Shown: piece after piece, positions 40,076 through 48,970 of the stretch | Position numbering within the stretch: position 1 is the stretch's first letter | Layout of the letters: each line of letters starts with the position of its first letter | Assembly (NCBI GenBank): GCA_019828565.1 | Contig: JAHDYR010000047.1 | Coordinates: 1-64,000, forward strand | DNA length: 64,000 nt | DNA from: Carpediemonas membranifera BICM | Taxonomy: Eukaryota; Protista; Fornicata | Direction of reading: 5' to 3' | Made by a program: the position numbers and the translations under genes | Notes under the pieces: generated by a model | Databases searched by the model: none | What the model was told of the DNA's origin: nothing | The model's input: only the letters and a program-made list of their open reading frames with translations

Positions 40076-40256
40076 GATCTGGGACCGTTGGCTGGGACAA
40101 CTACCTTCAGCGAGGGCAACCGCCACGTCAAAGATGAGGAGCTTGGCACTCCAGGCGGTAGTGCTGTCGCCGTATCGCGCGCCATGGACAAATACTCTGA
40201 CTGGCTGTCTGCCAGCCAACACTAAACGAGCTCTTTAAATCCGCTAACTAATCCGC

Positions 40257-41549
40257 TCACTTGAATGCCGGCACGTCCAGCGTAGACTTCTGCGCATCGC
40301 CCTGCCGCTGTTGCATGTACGCCGTGATCTCGTTGTTGTACATTGGAGTGACAAACGAGGCCGCTCTCTCCATCACAGGCAACATGGTGGTGGTGACAGG
40401 TGCCTCATTGGTGGCGGAGACCGAGAGAAGCCGGTCGTACTGGACGTGGAAGTGGGAGATGTTCTCGGGGGCGAAGAGGTTGTACGGAGGGAACTCGGTG
40501 AGCGAAAGCATGCCGGAGACGGAAATGCCGGGTGCCACCATGCGAGTCAGGTTGAAGCAGGCGATCTGCGCAGTTTTGCGCTTGAAACGACGGAGGACCT
40601 TATGCATGACCTTCTCTTTCACTCCAGTTGCCTTGTGGTGTTGCCTCAGACGCTGCACAGTGACCATGCCGGCGTCGAGCAGTTTAGCCTCCAACGCCTC
40701 ACAGACTTCCTGGCCGAGGTGCATGGGGATGTCGGGCCGGTTGGCAGTCAGCAGGAGGAGGGAGAAGCCGAGCAGGTTGGGCAGGCTGAAGAGGAATCGG
40801 CCTCTAGGATCGTCGTCCAGGCGCTGAAGGTTTGCGTGGATAGAGAGCTCGTCATTCCAAGCAAGTCTGAGGTCGAGGACCTTGAGGTACGTCTTGACTA
40901 GCTCTACGCGGCTGTCCTGGTTCCTTCCGACGGCCCTGCCCATCCGGTCCATTGGGAGTTGGACGTCAGACTTGCCACGGTTCGCACGGTCGGTTTCTAC
41001 AATCTGCATGTAGGCCACAGCGTTCTTGAGGTATATCTCGCGGTGGATGTTGCAGAAAAGAGAGTATCCGAGAAGGGCGGCGGCGACGGACCTACCGACG
41101 TCAGACCGAGAGAAACCGACGCCAAATTTGCTAGTGGTCATGTCGTCGGTGAGGGAGAGAAGCTTAAGCATGTTTGGATTGAGATTATCGTTGCCAACGG
41201 ACGAGTCGACGGAGGGTAGGAAAGAGTGTTGCATTGAAACATCGTCGTCTTGTTCGTCCGCCTCCATTGGATAATCCTCTTCCATTGCATCATCTTCGTA
41301 CTGAGGAACAGGTACATGTTCATCTAAATCGGCACCTGCGCTTGCACTTGGTAGAATCGAAAGATCGACGGGGTTGAGAGCATCCTGCTCCATGTCCTCA
41401 TCCTCCTCCATCGCATTCTCACTCTTCCATGTTCCCGAAGCATATTCTGGCGGTACTATGATGCAATCGCTCGGATCGGGGTCCATAGGCGCCGTCGTCT
41501 TTTGGTCGCGACTCTGAACAGTCGAGGCGACGACAGCCGAAGATTCCAC
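40257..41549 (-). CDS. Hypothetical protein (acidic repetitive N-terminus, helical C-terminus)
   Basis: 430-aa ORF; start uncertain; no motif recognised. Confidence 0.6.
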   Translation of the reverse strand: MESSAVVASTVQSRDQKTTAPMDPDPSDCIIVPPEYASGTWKSENAMEEDEDMEQDALNPVDLSILPSASAGADLDEHVPVPQYEDDAMEEDYPMEADEQDDDVSMQHSFLPSVDSSVGNDNLNPNMLKLLSLTDDMTTSKFGVGFSRSDVGRSVAAALLGYSLFCNIHREIYLKNAVAYMQIVETDRANRGKSDVQLPMDRMGRAVGRNQDSRVELVKTYLKVLDLRLAWNDELSIHANLQRLDDDPRGRFLFSLPNLLGFSLLLLTANRPDIPMHLGQEVCEALEAKLLDAGMVTVQRLRQHHKATGVKEKVMHKVLRRFKRKTAQIACFNLTRMVAPGISVSGMLSLTEFPPYNLFAPENISHFHVQYDRLLSVSATNEAPVTTTMLPVMERAASFVTPMYNNEITAYMQQRQGDAQKSTLDVPAFK

Positions 41550-41767
41550 AAAACTGAAGATAGCGGAACGCTCATGAGGAATTTAGAGGGTAGCTAGACA
41601 CCCGCGCATCTTTTCAAAAATTTTTGGATCGAAATTCCATCAGGATGCGGATGATAATGAGCCCATCATTCGAGTTTAATTATTTATGGGAGATAACGGC
41701 TAGTAAAAATAAGGAATATGTACACAGGTAACTGGCGTACCGCACGCCTAGGCGTTTTGGGCGGAAA

Positions 41768-42481
41768 CTACAGCCTACGGCGCTGGATCATCGCCTCCGC
41801 CATCGTGCGACTTCTACTAATCAAATGATCCTTCTTACACGCAGCCTCGAGACTAGTTCTCATCGGGCTATCCAAGGCGAACCTTTTGGACGGGCTTGAG
41901 TCCATCCCCAGGAATGAACCGAGCCCCATGAGTGGCGTCGGCTGGGAAGCAGGCCGGGGGTGTGTAGGCAGACTTGCGGGCGCTGAGGAGGTAGTACAGG
42001 GCTGAGAGAAGGTTGGGAGCTCGGATGGGCCCCAGCCGCAGTCAGGGAGGCCTGAGGCAGCGATGGCTTGGCGAGTGTGGAGCTCGAAGAGTGCTTCACG
42101 GGCAGCTTCAGCGGCCTTATGGGAAGAGCAGTAGCTACTAGTGGGTATGGGCTTCATACTTGGCGGAGAAACCGACTTGGCCCGCTTCAGAGGGGGTCTT
42201 GTCTTGTCTCTCATACTCTTGTCAGCACCATGCTTGGGGGCACGCCGCAGCATACCATCGATCCTGAGCTGCTTCCTAACTACCTGCTTTGGGGTGTAAT
42301 CGGCAGCTATCTCGCTCATGAGATCTGTGGAGCTCGGTCCAGAAGTCCGTGCTTCTTTTGCCGCCTTCTGGGCTCTGAGAACGCGAACCTTCCGCTCTAG
42401 GTTGCTTATTTTCTGTTCTCCTAAGGTTTGGTTCGGTGCGTTCTCGTCCTGAGCGATCGGTTTGGACTTGAGGACTTCCAT
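41768..42481 (-). CDS. Hypothetical low-complexity protein
   Basis: ORF from ATG 42481 (MEVLKSKP). Confidence 0.55.
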   Translation of the reverse strand: MEVLKSKPIAQDENAPNQTLGEQKISNLERKVRVLRAQKAAKEARTSGPSSTDLMSEIAADYTPKQVVRKQLRIDGMLRRAPKHGADKSMRDKTRPPLKRAKSVSPPSMKPIPTSSYCSSHKAAEAAREALFELHTRQAIAASGLPDCGWGPSELPTFSQPCTTSSAPASLPTHPRPASQPTPLMGLGSFLGMDSSPSKRFALDSPMRTSLEAACKKDHLISRSRTMAEAMIQRRRL

Positions 42482-42781
42482 CGTGTGCCAAAAACCACCG
42501 AAATTCTTGAAGCGGCTCAGCAAAATTGCTGACGATATTTCCCAAATCCAGTCTGTTATCGGCCTCATACAGCCATCGTCCACGAGATCTCCCCTCTCTC
42601 AGTGGTCAGCGACCCTTTAGGTCGAACCACCCCCACGCGCTGCCGACCCTGGATCGTTACGCCAACGACATGCCCGCAGGCCCCCACACAATCCTCTGTT
42701 ATACTCGCGGATATGCCAGGCAATCATGCATGACTCGCTGGCGACTCGCACCCTTGTGTTTTGGACGGCGCGCGAACGAAG

Positions 42782-45514
42782 ATGCCTATCAAGGACGGCA
42801 AGGACGTTCCGTTAGCACCAAAGCCAGTGAACTTGAAGGTAGGAGAGAATGTTTACATCATGCCAGAGACCAACGAGGTCTTCAGGACGTATTCCGAGTA
42901 CATTGCTCGGCGAGACATGTATTTCGACACCGTTTTCATGTGCAAATACACTAGGAAGAACGGAATGACGTACCCCGAGGCCTACGAGTCGGAGCGGAAC
43001 TTTGCCAGGAAGGTATCATCCATGCCGAAGCCCGTTTTGAGAGAAATCTGCAAGAAGGCCCATCTATCCACGCTGAGCACGCAGGACCTCGTCACAGACA
43101 TCACGACGCACCTCTCCACGTGCCTATACGAGCACCAGCTGGCCTACGTCTTCGTCCCTGGCGAGAAGGGCCCCGTTGCACTGCCATGCACGGTCACCAC
43201 TCCCGGCTTGACCCGCAAGGCTTCCAAGACAGTCAAGCTGACCCCTGAAACAGACCCCAACAAGCGCGCTCGGGTCGAAACTCTGGCTAAGAAGCGCCTC
43301 TCCAAGACTAAGACTCAACCGACAGTCGAGCCGGCCCCGACGGTCGAGTTCGAGGTGACTAGAGACAAGGTGTTCATTGACGAGCACGCAGCAGAGACTA
43401 AGGAGCACATCAGAGGCGTGCTGCGTCTTGTTACCCGCAAGACTGATGCCAAGACCGCTGGCGTCGTTGTCCCGCGCTATCGACGCCTATTCGACCTCCC
43501 TGAGCCACCCAAGGTCCTCCCAGCCATCGTTACTAAGCCCCGCAAGGCACGCCAGCAGACTCTCGAGGCTGCCCTGTTCGGCGCTCAGGCCAAGCTCGCT
43601 CGCAGCGGCGACGGCAGCAAGACGAGCGCTCCGAAGACCGACAGCACCTATCCCATGCCTGACGAGCTGCTCGAAGACAAGGACAAGACCCTGGACCGCA
43701 CCCAGTGGGTCAAAGACATGGTCTCACCAGACCTGAAGCTCAGCGGGGCAGACGTTAGCGCGCTGATGACGGTTGCCGACTTTGTAGCGAACTTTGGCAG
43801 CAGGATCAGGTTCAGAGCGTCAGAGTTGGATGATCTCGTCAAAACTCTCACATTCACCCCCTCGACCGGCCAGCTGTTCAACGACCAGGTGAGCCCAGAC
43901 CTCTACGGCATCGTCACGGGCGTCACCAGCCTCATGCTCAACGAGGGCGAGTTCTTTGACGACCCCGACTCGGATGTGGAGTCGACCATGCCTCACAAGC
44001 GGGTCAAGGTCGAGAGGGACAACAAGGACGACGAGGAGGAGGAGGAGGATGGTGATGATGAAGAAGAAGAGGACGACGATGAGGTCGATGAGACGGACTC
44101 TGACGCCCCTGCTGCCCGGCCGCCGCCCAGGAAGAGCACCCGCCTCGCATCTCTTACACGGTTCGCTAACGAGCACATTGCCGAGCTTTATGCCCCCCGT
44201 GCCCGCCGTTCCGCAGCGCAGGCCGCCTCCCTTAAGATGCAGGGAACGATTGCCGACGATGACGGCGGAGACGAGTACCAATTCAGCGACCAGTCTGAGG
44301 AGAGTGCATCTGACACACTCTTGGAGGACGAGCTGGCCCCCTACCTGCGGAGATCAACACGGCTCAAGACGGCGAAGCAAGTGGAGAGCGAGAGCGAAGA
44401 GGAAGAGGAAGAGGAGGACGAAGAAGTCAAGCCCAAGGCGGAGAAGCACCGCCCACGACCACTGGCGGGTACGCTGAAGTTTAGACAAGAGTTCGGGTCG
44501 AGCGATATTGATTGGATCACAACCTGGTGGGAGTATCTCTCGGAGATTGAGCAATCTCAGGGTCTGCTCGATGATGATCTCCAGTGGCTCAAGGAAACAA
44601 TCATATTCATGACCGCTTGCCAGAAACGGAAGTCCCGTGACCGTGATAACAACCCGATGTTCATTGCCACACGTCTCGTTGACTTGCCGATGTCTGACCG
44701 ACTCAAGCTGATTAAGGTGCTTGTCAATGAGATGAGTCTGACTGAGAATGTCAGGACAATGCTCAAGGACGTCCAGGACGACGTTGAGCGTCTCAAGAAG
44801 GCTCTACACAGTGTCAAGCTCTCCAAACGGAAGCGCGTTAAGGAGCTGACCGCCGGCGAGGATTCACAGAGCGCGCGTGAGAAGACCGCGCTACTCTCCC
44901 AACTTGAGGATATTGACAAGCAGATGGGCAGTCTCCAAGCCCGCATTGACGCGGGCCAGGGAAGCGAGTCGATGGTGACCCGCCTGGGGCGTCTTGAGAC
45001 CAAGAAGCTCAGGGTTAATGAAGATCTGCAGAACGTCATCTCCAAGGCCGCTAAGCGCGCTGAGAAGGTCGAGGCCGAGCTTGAGCGAGAGGAAGAGAGT
45101 CTCGCTGCCCAACTCAAACGTGCTGTGAGTCGCAGCACATCACACTTGGGCCAGGACCGCAGGTTCGGGTCATACTGGCTCTCGCCCCTCGTGCCCGGCG
45201 CCCTCCTCACCATGAACGCCGAGCTTGAATGGGGTGTGGTGGATGTGGCCGACCTTTTGGCGTACTGCGACGAGCGGGGGCGTCGTGAGCTCAGCTTGAA
45301 GCGGCATGTCGAGAAGCATAGGGAAAGCATCGAGCTCTCTTCGCCGGCTGGTGTGGCTGGTGAGTTTGGGTTGAAGCTGAGGGTGCGGCGGCCTGATGCT
45401 CGTACGCTCGCCCCTCCCGCAGAGAAGCCCCAGGAAGAAGAGGGGAGTGACATTGAGAACGAGAAGGGCGCCGGAGAGAAGGAGGAGAGCCAGGGTGATG
45501 TTGATATGGAGTAA
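42782..45514 (+). CDS. WAC/DDT/WHIM-domain ISWI partner (ACF1/Itc1/BAZ1-like)
   Basis: WAC: TNEVFRTYSEY..CKYTRKNGMTYPEAYESE; DDT: VADFVANFG; LGQDRRFGSYW; ERGRRELSL. Confidence 0.85.
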   Translation: MPIKDGKDVPLAPKPVNLKVGENVYIMPETNEVFRTYSEYIARRDMYFDTVFMCKYTRKNGMTYPEAYESERNFARKVSSMPKPVLREICKKAHLSTLSTQDLVTDITTHLSTCLYEHQLAYVFVPGEKGPVALPCTVTTPGLTRKASKTVKLTPETDPNKRARVETLAKKRLSKTKTQPTVEPAPTVEFEVTRDKVFIDEHAAETKEHIRGVLRLVTRKTDAKTAGVVVPRYRRLFDLPEPPKVLPAIVTKPRKARQQTLEAALFGAQAKLARSGDGSKTSAPKTDSTYPMPDELLEDKDKTLDRTQWVKDMVSPDLKLSGADVSALMTVADFVANFGSRIRFRASELDDLVKTLTFTPSTGQLFNDQVSPDLYGIVTGVTSLMLNEGEFFDDPDSDVESTMPHKRVKVERDNKDDEEEEEDGDDEEEEDDDEVDETDSDAPAARPPPRKSTRLASLTRFANEHIAELYAPRARRSAAQAASLKMQGTIADDDGGDEYQFSDQSEESASDTLLEDELAPYLRRSTRLKTAKQVESESEEEEEEEDEEVKPKAEKHRPRPLAGTLKFRQEFGSSDIDWITTWWEYLSEIEQSQGLLDDDLQWLKETIIFMTACQKRKSRDRDNNPMFIATRLVDLPMSDRLKLIKVLVNEMSLTENVRTMLKDVQDDVERLKKALHSVKLSKRKRVKELTAGEDSQSAREKTALLSQLEDIDKQMGSLQARIDAGQGSESMVTRLGRLETKKLRVNEDLQNVISKAAKRAEKVEAELEREEESLAAQLKRAVSRSTSHLGQDRRFGSYWLSPLVPGALLTMNAELEWGVVDVADLLAYCDERGRRELSLKRHVEKHRESIELSSPAGVAGEFGLKLRVRRPDARTLAPPAEKPQEEEGSDIENEKGAGEKEESQGDVDME

Positions 45515-45840
45515 AGCACGGTTTAACCAAGTTTGTTTGGGGGGTGTCCTACTGCAGCCGAGTTGCTTGGCAGAAAACGACACCTGTGTCACCGCGGTAA
45601 CAACTGGTCTGTGCCCTTTGAGGCCACCGCATGCGGCGTAGTAAGGCCAAATGACCGTACAATTCTCTCATTCCGCTACTCAACCGGCTTATGGCGTATT
45701 ATCGTAAGCGTGCAGTCGAATGGGAATCGTGGATGATTCCCGATCATGAAAGGCCGATGGCTCGAAACGTGCATGAAATCATCCCTAGTCGGCCATGATC
45801 GCCCATGAGGGAGCTCGGTTTAACCGATTTTTTAAATGAA

Positions 45841-47838
45841 TCACCGCTTCTTTTCCTTCTTGGCGCGCTTCAAACTCTTATAGTCGTCCATCAGATCGTC
45901 CAGGTCCTCCTTACTCATCGTCTGACCCCGCTGAACCTTCCTATCCTCTCGCTTCGTCTTCACCGCCTTCAACCGCTCCGCCTCGGCCTTCTTCTTCGCA
46001 GCTTCCTGCTCTGCCCTCCTTTGCTTGGCCTCAGTCACCTTCTCGAGCCTCGCCTTCTCCTTGCCAGGGTCCAGATACGGGATCTCCCCCACGTTCATGC
46101 TCTCTTTGACGAACCAGACGTAGGTCGTCTTATACTCGTCTAATCTGTGGGGGAGTGCGATCATGCCCATGCCTGTGGCCACACCGCCAATGTCTAGCTT
46201 GTTCTTCTCGAAGATATAGCCCAGGAAATGGTGGGTGTAGCCTGATAAATACATTTTGAACGCTTCAGATTGGATATCGTAAAAATCTCGATCAGACCTC
46301 GCGATACTCCGAATCGCCTCCATCACAGGGTGGTTCCTGGCCTGCGAGTGCTTCTCCTTGAGAGCCGTCTCCTTAGCGACGAGAACATCAACCTTAGCCT
46401 GCACTGCCGCGGCCTCCTTCTCCTTGACTCGAACCCCCTTGTCCTTTTGTCTCTTGACAGTCTTAGCTTCCTTGATGGCCTTTCCGACAGTCTTCGCAAG
46501 CCTGTGCTTCAAGTCATAGTCATCCTCGGTCAGCGGCACTTCAGGTGTGAGTATAGTGCCCTTGGTGTCGACCGGCCACCACTCATCGGCCTGTTCTAGA
46601 GGCTGCAGGGTTACGTGCTCTGTTTGTGTCAGATACGCGAGGTATGCATCGGCTGTGGCGGGGTCAACGAGGGTGATGTTCTCACCAGCCCGGCCAGCTC
46701 TTCCAGACCTGCCGACGCGGTGGATGAACGTCTCCTTCTGTGTGGGCGGGTCGAATTGGATAACGGTGGTGACGTCGGTGAAGTCAATGCCACGAGCAAC
46801 TACATCTGACGCTACTAGAACCTTTGCACCGCTTCCTGACTGAGAAAAAGACTCAATCACAGCATGACGCTCGCCCTGCTTGAACTTACCGTGGATAAAT
46901 TGGAGAGTCGGGTCTGGTCTACCGCTGCCCTTGGCCGAGTAGAACTGGGCAATCGAGGGGTGGGTGAGGCATTGCTCGAGGTACCGAATCATCTTACGCT
47001 GGTTCACAAAGACAATCGCCTTGTCGCCACGCACAGCGGCTCTTCTGATAAGGCCGAGCAGACGTACAACCTTGTATCGGTGGTCTACGACGATGTATTT
47101 GTTCTCCAGGGCCGATGGAAGAGGTCCATCCTCGCGTGTCAGTCGAATCGTCGCGCGTGTGCGGCCCTCTGATCCCAGGACAAGATCGACCACGTCTGGG
47201 GGCGGTGCAGTAGCGCTAAACATGCCTGTGACTCTCTGCTTCGGCAGCAGACCGACGATTTCCCTGACTTGCTGTGACATGTCCATGGCCATCGCCTTGT
47301 GTGACTGTACGCCTCCATATGTTAGCAGACGGTCGCACTCATCCAGGATAAGGTACTGGAACCCTTTGAGTGCAATGGGGAGGGTGTGTTCCATCTTGAG
47401 GCGGGACATCAGGTCTGAGTGGAGGCGGCCGGGCGTGCCCACGATTACAGCGGGGGCAGACGGATCCTTAGCCCAGCGGTCTATGGCTTTGTCCTGGGAG
47501 TGGTCTGCTCCGAGCACCAGGAGGGGCGTGGCGGAAAGGTCGGGGTGGTAGGCAAGGAGGCTTACGAGAACACTGTGGACTTGAATGGCAAGGTCTCTGG
47601 TGGGTAGGACAATGAGAGATAGAAGCCCTGTTAGCGTCTTTTGCTTGTGCAGAAGCTCAATGAGCGGGATAAGGAAGGATAGCGTCTTTCCGCTGCCGGT
47701 CTCCGATTCCACAGAAACGCTTGTGCTGTTGACGACGTAGGGAATCACAACATTCTGCACTGGTGTTGGGATAGCAAATTCTTGGTCAGCAAGGAACCGC
47801 TGAGTTCCTTCATGGAGTTCTGGCCACTCGAGCTTCAT
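45841..47838 (-). CDS. SPB4: DEAD-box rRNA helicase, Spb4/DDX55-like
   Basis: ETGSGKT, DECDRLL, LPKQRVTGMFSAT, QFDPP, HRVGRSGRAG, YIF..LD..A.GMGM..LP. Confidence 0.85.
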   Translation of the reverse strand: MKLEWPELHEGTQRFLADQEFAIPTPVQNVVIPYVVNSTSVSVESETGSGKTLSFLIPLIELLHKQKTLTGLLSLIVLPTRDLAIQVHSVLVSLLAYHPDLSATPLLVLGADHSQDKAIDRWAKDPSAPAVIVGTPGRLHSDLMSRLKMEHTLPIALKGFQYLILDECDRLLTYGGVQSHKAMAMDMSQQVREIVGLLPKQRVTGMFSATAPPPDVVDLVLGSEGRTRATIRLTREDGPLPSALENKYIVVDHRYKVVRLLGLIRRAAVRGDKAIVFVNQRKMIRYLEQCLTHPSIAQFYSAKGSGRPDPTLQFIHGKFKQGERHAVIESFSQSGSGAKVLVASDVVARGIDFTDVTTVIQFDPPTQKETFIHRVGRSGRAGRAGENITLVDPATADAYLAYLTQTEHVTLQPLEQADEWWPVDTKGTILTPEVPLTEDDYDLKHRLAKTVGKAIKEAKTVKRQKDKGVRVKEKEAAAVQAKVDVLVAKETALKEKHSQARNHPVMEAIRSIARSDRDFYDIQSEAFKMYLSGYTHHFLGYIFEKNKLDIGGVATGMGMIALPHRLDEYKTTYVWFVKESMNVGEIPYLDPGKEKARLEKVTEAKQRRAEQEAAKKKAEAERLKAVKTKREDRKVQRGQTMSKEDLDDLMDDYKSLKRAKKEKKR

Positions 47839-47987
47839 CGGTGCAGATTATGGCACAAGCTTTTTTACGTCGAAAAGACAGTCTGGCCGGGAAAGGTGGG
47901 CAGTATGGAACGCCCCGGGATTCGTCTCGCCTTTCTGAGCATTTCGCGGATTAAGGACTTTTCGTTATTCGGGAATTGAACATAACG

Positions 47988-48758
47988 ATGGCAAGCAGGC
48001 CGCCGCCGCCGAAGAAGCCGCTCACTTCATACTTTATATACGTTGGCGAGAACCGCGCTACCGTGAAGAGCGAGTTCCCCGCGCTTAAGCACACGGAAAT
48101 CCAGTCCAAGCTCACAGAGAAGTGGAACGCCTTGACGGATGAGGAGAAGACGCCATATGTTGAGAAGCAGAAGGAGCTTAAAGCAGAATACGAGCGTGCG
48201 ATCGCCGAATACACCACCCAGTATCCCAATTGGCGCGAAGAAGAAAAAGCCATCAGGCTCGCCGCCAAGGAGGCTAAGGCGGTCAAGGCCGCGAAGAAGG
48301 CGACTGGAGCCATACAGAAGCGGGGCAAGAAGGGCAAGACTTCCAAGAAGCAGGTGGAGCAGATCTCTGGGTTCGTCGGGTTCACTCTCTTCCAATTTGC
48401 GATGAGACGGAAAATCATGGACGAAACTGGCATCGAGCTGCTCGCCAATGAGGGTAATGCGAAGATTAGTCGTCTCTGGAACGAGCTATCGACCGAGGAA
48501 AAGACGAAGTGGCAGGAAAAGAGCCGTCTCGTGAACAAGGCCCAGGAGGAGGAGGCCGCACGGGAGGCCAAGGCTAAGAGCGACGCCGAGGCCGCGGCAG
48601 AGGGCGAGCAGGAGGAGGAAGCGAACCCTGCGGGAGAAGAGGACGTTCCTATGGCAGGTACTGACGAGACCCTCAACGAAGAGGAGGAGGAAGAGGATAT
48701 GGAGCTCGGGTCGCCCACAGGGGAGTTCGCGAAGGAGGATGATGACGAGGCCGAGTAA
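47988..48758 (+). CDS. Two-HMG-box protein with acidic tail
   Basis: PKKPLTSYF..KWNALTDEEKTPY; second box ..LWNELSTEEKTKW. Confidence 0.9.
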   Translation: MASRPPPPKKPLTSYFIYVGENRATVKSEFPALKHTEIQSKLTEKWNALTDEEKTPYVEKQKELKAEYERAIAEYTTQYPNWREEEKAIRLAAKEAKAVKAAKKATGAIQKRGKKGKTSKKQVEQISGFVGFTLFQFAMRRKIMDETGIELLANEGNAKISRLWNELSTEEKTKWQEKSRLVNKAQEEEAAREAKAKSDAEAAAEGEQEEEANPAGEEDVPMAGTDETLNEEEEEEDMELGSPTGEFAKEDDDEAE

Positions 48759-48970
48759 AGTAGCAGTGTAACAGCATGTATTCTTGCGATTCGCCTGTCA
48801 TCCAACCTGGCTGGTTTAACGGTGTGGAGCTTCGATTAGAAGTACGGATATGCGGCATAAATCGACCTCATGTCTACCTGAGCCGGGTTGGGTGGCTGAT
48901 TAAGTCAGACTGGGCGAAAAGATAACGCGATTTGTTTCAGTTGAGAATTCTTCGTTGTTCCCTCAAAACG

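Noticed and set aside
39996-40137. C-terminal extension of the 475-aa Fanzor ORF through the repeat
   Set aside because: Results from the 1-nt deletion near 39859; the homologous frame stops at 39995.
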